NCBI GenBank assembly: GCA_035761165.1
Contig: DASTRO010000277.1
Location: forward strand, 1 to 15,425
Direction: 5' to 3'
Length of the DNA stretch: 15,425 nt
DNA from: Gemmatimonadaceae bacterium
GTDB taxonomy: Bacteria; Gemmatimonadota; Gemmatimonadetes; Gemmatimonadales; Gemmatimonadaceae
Of this stretch, positions 7,406-13,379 are shown one piece after another. The notes beneath the pieces were generated by a model. It saw only the letters and a program-made list of their open reading frames with translations. It was not told the origin of the DNA and searched no databases. Positions within the stretch are counted from its first letter, which is position 1; every line of letters starts with the position of its first letter. The translations under genes were made by a program, and so were the position numbers.

Positions 7406-9400
7406 TCAGGCGGGGGAGGGGAGCTCGCGGCGGCCGTCGAGCACGGCGTGCGCGGCGTCGTGGCCGGCGGCGAGCCGCCGCACCTCGTCGTCGAGGGCGC
7501 GCGCCACGTCGAGCGCGGTGGTGAGGCGTGCGACGTCGCCGACACCGCCCTGCAGCCGCAGCAGGTCGAGGCGGATCGTCTCGAGCGCGGCGACGGTCTG
7601 CTCCAGCCGTCGGGCGGCGGCGTCGCGCGCCTCGCGCAGCTCGGCGCTCACCGACTCGCGCCGCTCGGCCACGTCGCCGCCCGCGCCGGCCGCGAGCGTC
7701 GAGGCCTCGCCCGGAGTGCTCGCGCTGGCGAGCAGCGTGTCCAGATCGCGCAGCCGCGCGCGCATGGTCTGCGCGTGCGCCTCGAGCTGGCGCACCACGT
7801 CGGGCAGGTCGCCGAGTCGCGCGCGCAGGGGCTTGGGCAGCGCCTCGAAGAGCTGCGCCGCGGCGAGGCCGATGGCCACCTCGGTGGGGCGCTGCACGAG
7901 CTGGTCGGGGGCGCCGCGCCCGCCGCGGCCGGCGAGCACGCGCGCCAGCCACTGGCCCGGCCGGCTCTCCCAGAACTTCAGCCGCAGCTCGGCCACGCGG
8001 CCGGGGCGCAGCCCGCGCGCCGGGAAGGTGACCCCGAGCACGCTCCCCACCACGGTGAGCAGCGCCGGCGCGCCCAGGACCCAGCCGCTGATGTGGATGG
8101 GGCCCCGCATGCCCTGATGGACGAGGAAGGGCATGACGGTGAGGAAGCCCAGCAGTCCCGCCCACGAGCCGTACACCGCGATGCGGAGCACACGGGCCAG
8201 CCAGGCCGGCACCGTGGAGACGTCGAGCGCCGACTCCTCGCGCAACTGCTCGACGTGGACGCGCAGCGCCTGCGTGAGATCGGCGGGGCGGTAGCCCAGC
8301 CGCAGCACGCGCCAGGCGTATCGCAGATGGAAGGCGGCGATCGGCACCGCCGGCGCGACGCCGGCGAGCAGGAAGCGCCAGACGAGGTCCAGGCGCAGCT
8401 GGTCCGGCATGACGACGGCGCGCACCAGCAGGCCGTACGCCCCGAGCGCGCTCACGCCCATCCAGACGAGGTAGGCCGGCATGAGCGGGTCCCGCTTCTG
8501 CAGCCAGACACGGAGCGGCGCCGGCAGCGTCGCGCGCTCCTGCGTGGCCTGCGCCAGCGCCTCGGCCACCGCCTCGCCGCTCACGTAGCGCGACAGCGGG
8601 TCCTTCGCCAGGCAGCGCTCGACGACACGGGCGAGCGCGCCGGGCACCGGGCCGCCGCCCGGTGCGGCGAGCGGCGGCGGCGCCTCGGTGAGGTGCTTGG
8701 CGAGCACCGCCGGCACCGTCGGCGCGTCGAAGGGGAGGCGCCCGGTGAGCATCAGGTAGCCCACCACGCCCAGCGCGTAGAGGTCGCTGCGCCCGTCCAG
8801 CGACTCGCCGGCGGCCTGCTCGGGGCTCATGAAGTGCGCCGTTCCCATCACCTGCTGCTCGTCGGTGAGCACCGTCGTCTCCTGCACGTGCGCGATGCCG
8901 AAGTCGGTGAGCAGGGCGCGGCCGCTGCCGCGCTCGAGCAGGATGTTGTCGGGCTTCACGTCGCGGTGCACCACGCCCTGGGCATGGGCGTAGGCCAGCG
9001 CCCACGCCGCCTCGCGGAGGATGCGCGACGCCTCGGCGGGCGGCAGCGCGCCGCGCGCGCGCAGCCGCTGCCCCACCGTCTCCCCATCCACGTAGGCCAT
9101 GGCGAAGTAGACGTACGCCCCCGCCTCGCCCACCCGGAAGATGGGGACGATGTTGGGGTGCGACAGCTTGGCCGCGGTGCGCGCCTCGCGCAGGAAGCGC
9201 TCGCGGAGGGGGGGACGGGCGGCGAGCGCCGGTGGCAGGATCTTGATCGCCACCAGCCGGTCCAGGCTCACCTCGCGCGCCAGGTAGACCACCCCCATCC
9301 CGCCGCGTCCCAGCTCCCGCTCCAGCGAGTACTGGCCGGCGAACGCCTGCTGCAGGGCGAGGAAGTCGGGATCGGGGGCGGGGGCGGGGAGGGGCGGCAT
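7406..9400 (-). CDS. Hanks-type serine/threonine protein kinase with a polytopic transmembrane C-terminal region and a terminal coiled coil
   Basis: The N-terminal kinase domain is complete: GRGGMGVVYLARE, VAIKILP, HRDVKPDNILL, DFGIAHV and SPEQ. It is followed by about 5-7 hydrophobic segments (LVWMGVSALGAYGLLVRAVV; FLLAGVAPAVPIAAFHL; IAVYGSWAGLLGFLTVMPFLV; VLGAPALLTVVGSVLGVTF) and then an Arg/Glu/Ala-rich coiled-coil tail. The ATG is at 9400-9398 and the TGA at 7406-7408. It is a paralog of the kinase at 603-2339. Confidence 0.85.
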   Translation of the reverse strand: MPPLPAPAPDPDFLALQQAFAGQYSLERELGRGGMGVVYLAREVSLDRLVAIKILPPALAARPPLRERFLREARTAAKLSHPNIVPIFRVGEAGAYVYFAMAYVDGETVGQRLRARGALPPAEASRILREAAWALAYAHAQGVVHRDVKPDNILLERGSGRALLTDFGIAHVQETTVLTDEQQVMGTAHFMSPEQAAGESLDGRSDLYALGVVGYLMLTGRLPFDAPTVPAVLAKHLTEAPPPLAAPGGGPVPGALARVVERCLAKDPLSRYVSGEAVAEALAQATQERATLPAPLRVWLQKRDPLMPAYLVWMGVSALGAYGLLVRAVVMPDQLRLDLVWRFLLAGVAPAVPIAAFHLRYAWRVLRLGYRPADLTQALRVHVEQLREESALDVSTVPAWLARVLRIAVYGSWAGLLGFLTVMPFLVHQGMRGPIHISGWVLGAPALLTVVGSVLGVTFPARGLRPGRVAELRLKFWESRPGQWLARVLAGRGGRGAPDQLVQRPTEVAIGLAAAQLFEALPKPLRARLGDLPDVVRQLEAHAQTMRARLRDLDTLLASASTPGEASTLAAGAGGDVAERRESVSAELREARDAAARRLEQTVAALETIRLDLLRLQGGVGDVARLTTALDVARALDDEVRRLAAGHDAAHAVLDGRRELPSPA

Positions 9401-9416
9401 GCCGCTAGGATACGGC

Positions 9417-9474
9417 GGGGAGGGACCAGGGACCAGGGAGCGGGAAACAGGGAGCGGGAAACGGGAAGCAGGGG
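9417..9474 (+). repeat. polypurine, G-tract-rich tandem repeat in the divergent kinase 2/ispH intergenic region
   Basis: Nine GGG/GGGG tracts occur in 58 nt on the + strand. There is a 7-bp tandem GACCAGG x2 (9424-9437) and a perfect 14-bp tandem AGGGAGCGGGAAAC x2 (9435-9462) with a partial third copy. The tract is nearly 90% purine on the top strand. Confidence 0.7.
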
Positions 9475-9495
9475 CGTCGATTAGCTTTCGGAGTC

Positions 9496-10713
9496 ATGAG
9501 TGCCACCGAGAACGGCTTCACCTACTACCGCAAGGGACTCGGCCTGAAGGCCGAGGTCCAGGAGACGCTCGCCGCCGACTACAGCGGGCACCTCGTGGAC
9601 CTGCTCCGCGCGCGCGACTTCACCCTCACGGCCGAGGACGTGACGGTGCGGCTGGCGCGCGAGTTCGGCTTCTGCTACGGCGTGGAGCGGGCCGTGGACT
9701 ACGCCTACCAGACGCGGCGCAAGTTCCCGGACCGCCGCGTCTTCCTGGCCGGCGAGATCATCCACAACCCGCACGTGAACGGCCGCCTGCGCGAGATGGG
9801 GGTCGTCTTCCTCGAGCCCAGCGCGGCCGGCTTCGACTTCTCGGCCGTGCAGCCGGCGGACGTCGTCATCCTGCCGGCCTTCGGCGTGACGATCGCCGAC
9901 TTCGAGGCGCTCCGCGCCCTCGGCTGCGTGGTGGTGGACACCACCTGCGGCTCGGTGCTCAACGTCTGGAAGCGGGTGGAGAGCTACGCGCGCGACGGCT
10001 TCACGGCGCTCATCCACGGCAAGTACTACCACGAGGAGACGCGGGCCACGGCGTCGCAGGTGCGGCACTACCCGGACGGGCAGTACATCATCGTGCGCGA
10101 CATGGCCGAAGCACGCGCGGTGTGCGACTACATCGAGGGGCGCGGCGACCGCGAGGCCTTCCTGCGCCGCTTCGCGCACGCCGCGTCGCCCGGCTTCGAC
10201 CCGGACGCGCATCTGCAGCGGGTGGGCGTGGCCAACCAGACGACGATGCTGGCCCGCGAGTCGCTGGCCATCGCCGCCGAGGTCGGGGCGGCGATGGAGC
10301 GCGCCTACGGCGCCGACCATCGCGCCGAGCACTTCCGCAGCTTCGACACGATCTGCTCGGCCACGCAGGAGCGGCAGGACGCGGTGCACGAGCTGCTGGC
10401 CGAGCCGCTGGACGTGATGGTGGTGGTGGGCGGCTTCAACTCCAGCAACACGATGTCGCTGGCCGCGCTCTGCGCCGAGAAGGTGCCGACGTACCACATC
10501 GAGGACGCGTCGGGGATCGACCCGGAGCTGCGCCTCATCCGCCACCTGCCCACGGGGAGCAAGCAGGAGACGACGACGCACGACTGGCTCCCCGCCGTCG
10601 GCCCGCTGCGCGTGGGGCTCACCGCCGGCGCCAGCACGCCGAACAACAAGATCGGCGAGACGGTGGCGCGCATCTTCGCCACGCGGGGGATCGACCCGGG
10701 CGCGATCGAGTAG
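9496..10713 (+). CDS. ispH: 4-hydroxy-3-methylbut-2-enyl diphosphate reductase (IspH/LytB), long plant/cyanobacterial-type form
   Basis: IspH motifs are present: FGFCYGVERAV (Cys ligand 1), TTCGSV-like region, TICSATQERQDAV (Cys ligand 3), and C-terminal TAGASTP. The N-terminal extension YYRKGLGLKAEVQETL...DFTLTAEDVTVRLA resembles the plant/cyanobacterial IspH N-terminal domain. The ATG is at 9496 and the TAG stop at 10711-10713. Confidence 0.9.
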   Translation: MSATENGFTYYRKGLGLKAEVQETLAADYSGHLVDLLRARDFTLTAEDVTVRLAREFGFCYGVERAVDYAYQTRRKFPDRRVFLAGEIIHNPHVNGRLREMGVVFLEPSAAGFDFSAVQPADVVILPAFGVTIADFEALRALGCVVVDTTCGSVLNVWKRVESYARDGFTALIHGKYYHEETRATASQVRHYPDGQYIIVRDMAEARAVCDYIEGRGDREAFLRRFAHAASPGFDPDAHLQRVGVANQTTMLARESLAIAAEVGAAMERAYGADHRAEHFRSFDTICSATQERQDAVHELLAEPLDVMVVVGGFNSSNTMSLAALCAEKVPTYHIEDASGIDPELRLIRHLPTGSKQETTTHDWLPAVGPLRVGLTAGASTPNNKIGETVARIFATRGIDPGAIE

Positions 10714-10735
10714 CTCGATCCCCGGCGCGCCGGGG
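10704..10735 (+). terminator. two adjacent GC-rich hairpins at the ispH stop codon (candidate intrinsic/bidirectional terminator between the convergent ispH and M20 genes)
   Basis: Hairpin 1 is GATCGAG-TAG-CTCGATC (10704-10720), a 7-bp stem whose loop is the ispH stop codon. It is followed immediately by the perfect 16-nt palindrome CCCCGGCGCGCCGGGG (10720-10735). There is no U-tract, which is common in high-GC genomes. Confidence 0.35.
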
Positions 10736-10841
10736 CAGGGAGTGCGAACCGGCTGCCGCGGATCTGCGCGGAGCGCCTGCGGCGCGAACGGCCGCGGCGC
10801 AGCCGCATCCGCGCGATTCGCGGCAGGGCAGTCCGGGCGAC

Positions 10842-12020
10842 TCAGAGTGCCGCGGCCGCGATGCGGGCCGTCTCGGCCAGCACGGCGGCGCCGACGGCGA
10901 TGCTCTCCTCGGCGGCGTGGAAGCGCGGGGAGTGGGCGGGGATGATCTCGCCGTCGGGCTCGCGGGCGCCGATGCGGAGGAAGCAACCCGGAAGGTGCTC
11001 CAGGTAATGGGCGAAGTCCTCGCCGCCCAGGTTGAGCGTGCCGAGCGGGCGGAGGGCCTCGGGGCCGAGGAGGCGCGTCACCGCGTCGCGCGCCCAGCCC
11101 ACCGGCGCGGCCGGGTTGACGATGGGCGGCGGGCCCTGCTCGATGTCGACGTGCACCTCGAGGCGGTGCGTGATGGCCACGCCGGCCGCGATGCGGTGCA
11201 GCTCGTCGTGCAGCAGGCTGCGCGTCTCGGGTGCGATGGCGCGCAGCGTGCCCACCAGGCGCGCGGTGCCGGGGATGACGTTGGGCGCGCTCCCCGCCTG
11301 CAGCATCCCCACCGTGACGACGCCCGCGTCGGCCGGGGCGAGGCGGCGGGCGACGATCGTCTGCAGCGCCAGTACCAGCGCGGCGGCGCCGACGATCGGG
11401 TCGGAGCCCTCGTGCGGGCGGGCGGCGTGCGCGCCGCGGCCCACGAACTCGACGGTGAAGCTGTCGGCCGACGCGGCCACCGGCCCCGGCTCGGCCACCA
11501 CCTCGCCGACCACGAAGCGGCGGTCCACGTGCGCGCCGAAGATGGCGCGCGCATCGGCGAGCGCGCCGGTGTCGAGCACGGCGCGGGCGCCGCGCCCCGT
11601 CTCCTCGGCCGGCTGGAGGACCACCAGCACGTCGCCGCGTGCCGGAGTCGCGGCGAGCAGCGCGGCGGCCCCCACCGCCCACGCGGCGTGCACGTCGTGC
11701 CCGCAGGCGTGCATGACGTCGGGCACCGTGGACGCGAAGGGGAGCCCGGTGTCCTCACGAATCGGCAGCGCGTCGATGTCGCCGCGCAGCGCGACCACCG
11801 GGGCCCCGGGCTCGCGCCCCGCCACGCGGGCGACGAGGCCGGTCTCCGCCACCCGGTCGACGCGCGCGCCGGGCACCAGCTCGCGCAGCGCCGCCTCGAG
11901 CCGGGCACGGGTCTCGTGCTCGGCGCCGGAGAGCTCGGGGTGCGCGTGCAGGTCGCGGCGCAGCGCGACGAGCCGCGCGCGCAGCGGCTCCGGGAGGAGC
12001 GGGGGGACGGGGGGCGTCAC
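10842..12020 (-). CDS. M20D family amidohydrolase / peptidase (aminoacylase, hippurate hydrolase-like)
   Basis: The M20D metal-binding motifs are present: MHACGHDVH, LLRRDLHAHPELSGAEHET and GGEDFA. The ORF is open to 12095. I call the start at GTG 12020-12018 (VTPPVPPLLPEPLRARLVALRRDLH...), which is preceded by GAGGAGA about 10 nt upstream and overlaps the upstream gene's stop in a GTGA arrangement. The TGA stop is at 10842-10844. Confidence 0.75.
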   Translation of the reverse strand: MTPPVPPLLPEPLRARLVALRRDLHAHPELSGAEHETRARLEAALRELVPGARVDRVAETGLVARVAGREPGAPVVALRGDIDALPIREDTGLPFASTVPDVMHACGHDVHAAWAVGAAALLAATPARGDVLVVLQPAEETGRGARAVLDTGALADARAIFGAHVDRRFVVGEVVAEPGPVAASADSFTVEFVGRGAHAARPHEGSDPIVGAAALVLALQTIVARRLAPADAGVVTVGMLQAGSAPNVIPGTARLVGTLRAIAPETRSLLHDELHRIAAGVAITHRLEVHVDIEQGPPPIVNPAAPVGWARDAVTRLLGPEALRPLGTLNLGGEDFAHYLEHLPGCFLRIGAREPDGEIIPAHSPRFHAAEESIAVGAAVLAETARIAAAAL

Positions 12021-13141
12021 CGCGGGGCGATCTCCTCGAAGCGCAGGTTCGCCACCGGGTAGTGGCGCCAGGTGGCGTGGTCGAAGTGCCACCACTCCGG
12101 CGGGTAGACGGCGAAGCCCTCCGCCTCCATGGCGCGGCGGAGCAGGGCGCGCAGCGCGCGCTGGCGCGACGTGCCGCCGGGATAGTCCGCGTAGGCGCGC
12201 GGCGTGAACTCGTCGTAGCCGCTCGGCATCTCCACCTCGCGGCCGGTGGCCAGGTCGTAGAGGCTCACGTCGGCGGCGGCGCCGCGGTTGTGGCGCGAGC
12301 CGGTGCGCGGATCGGCGACGAACTCACGCTGCGCCGGCGGCGTGGCGTCCCAGAACATCTTCGTCACGTACCACGGGCGGTAGGCGTCGTGCACGACGAT
12401 GCCGTAGCCCAGCGCCGCCAGCCGATGGTGCGCGCGCACGAGCGCCTCGGCGGCGGGACGCTGCAGGAAGGCGCGCGGCGCCTCGTAGAAGCGCGCGCCC
12501 ATGAAGTTGTTCGTCGTCGCGTAGCGCACGTCCAGGTGGATGGTGCGGTCGAGCGCGACGAGCTCCACGAGCTCCGGGGTTCGCAGCGAGTCCGGCTGGG
12601 GCGGCGGCGCGGCGGCCAGCGCCTCGCGGCGCAGCGCCTCCACCGGCCGCTGCGGCACGATGCGGAACGCGGCGCCGTCCTCCGGCGCGAAGGCGAGGCG
12701 CGCGAGCCGTGTGGCGCCGCGCACGAGCGCGACCACCGCGCCGTCGCCGCGCCGCTCGACGCGCAGCGTCTCGGCCGGCGCGGGCGCGGCGACGACGAGG
12801 CGCGTGGCCAGCGAGTCGAGCGCACGGAGCGGCCGCCGCGCGGAGTCGGCGCCGAGCAGGTGGAGCCGGCCGCCGTCCTCGAGCAGCAGCACCGTGTCGG
12901 CACCGGCCGCGTAGCCGCCGACGAGGGCGCGCCAGGGCGCGCGCGGTTCCGGCGGGAGCGCCAGGCGCACGTCGGCGATCCGGTCGTCGGGTGGTCGGGC
13001 GCCGGTGTCGGGCACGCCGGACGACGCACCCACCCCGCCGGTCGCGGAGGGGCGCGGCGCGCAGGCAGCAACGAGGACGATGGCGGCAACGGCGCCGAGG
13101 GCGGCCGTCACGGGGTGGCGGGGGAGGGGATGGTGGCGCAT
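12017..13141 (-). CDS. ddpX: D-alanyl-D-alanine dipeptidase (VanX/DdpX-type) lipoprotein with an extra N-terminal domain
   Basis: The C-terminal half carries VanX-family motifs: LDVRYATTNNFMG, AYRPW, GSRHNRGAAADVSL and EWWHFD. The N-terminus has a signal peptide and lipobox (AAIVLVAAC). A ~190-aa domain of unknown function sits between the lipobox and the VanX domain. The ORF is open to 13192, and I call the ATG at 13141-13139 (MRHHPLP...) as the start. The gene symbol is by family resemblance only. Confidence 0.75.
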   Translation of the reverse strand: MRHHPLPRHPVTAALGAVAAIVLVAACAPRPSATGGVGASSGVPDTGARPPDDRIADVRLALPPEPRAPWRALVGGYAAGADTVLLLEDGGRLHLLGADSARRPLRALDSLATRLVVAAPAPAETLRVERRGDGAVVALVRGATRLARLAFAPEDGAAFRIVPQRPVEALRREALAAAPPPQPDSLRTPELVELVALDRTIHLDVRYATTNNFMGARFYEAPRAFLQRPAAEALVRAHHRLAALGYGIVVHDAYRPWYVTKMFWDATPPAQREFVADPRTGSRHNRGAAADVSLYDLATGREVEMPSGYDEFTPRAYADYPGGTSRQRALRALLRRAMEAEGFAVYPPEWWHFDHATWRHYPVANLRFEEIAPR

Positions 13142-13379
13142 CAGCGGCACAGTATCATTGCCGCCGTCCCGCTGGCGCGGTCGCACCGCCACCGCCGGCC
13201 TCCGTGAGGCCGGCGCGGGCGAGCGACGACGGATCGGAGCGCGAGCTGGATGGGCGCATCGGCCATGCCTCCGACGGGAGGGTCACTTCGGGCGGCAGAG
13301 GCAGTAACCTTCGTCGTCGCCGCGCGGGCGGCAAGCCGCCCCGACGCGCCGCGCGCCATCTCCCGTCACGTGCTCACCC

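Noticed and set aside
7448-9484. A 678-aa ORF on the + strand antisense to kinase 2, plus the N-terminal ~540 codons of the 720-aa minus ORF 6843-9005 and ORF 7528-8031.
   Set aside because: They share the same Arg/Gly/Pro-rich shadow character. Only the last ~183 codons of the 720-aa frame, after the kinase stop, look like a real protein (the NfeD-like one). The kinase frame is supported by paralogy with kinase 1.
9399-12062. An 887-aa plus ORF and a 733-aa minus ORF (9481-11682) spanning ispH and the M20 gene.
   Set aside because: They run through two well-supported genes on defined strands and frames (IspH and M20D), and their translations are low-complexity, so they are shadow ORFs. The same reasoning covers 11032-12207, 12062-13207, 12364-13089, 13250-14809 and 13374-15413.
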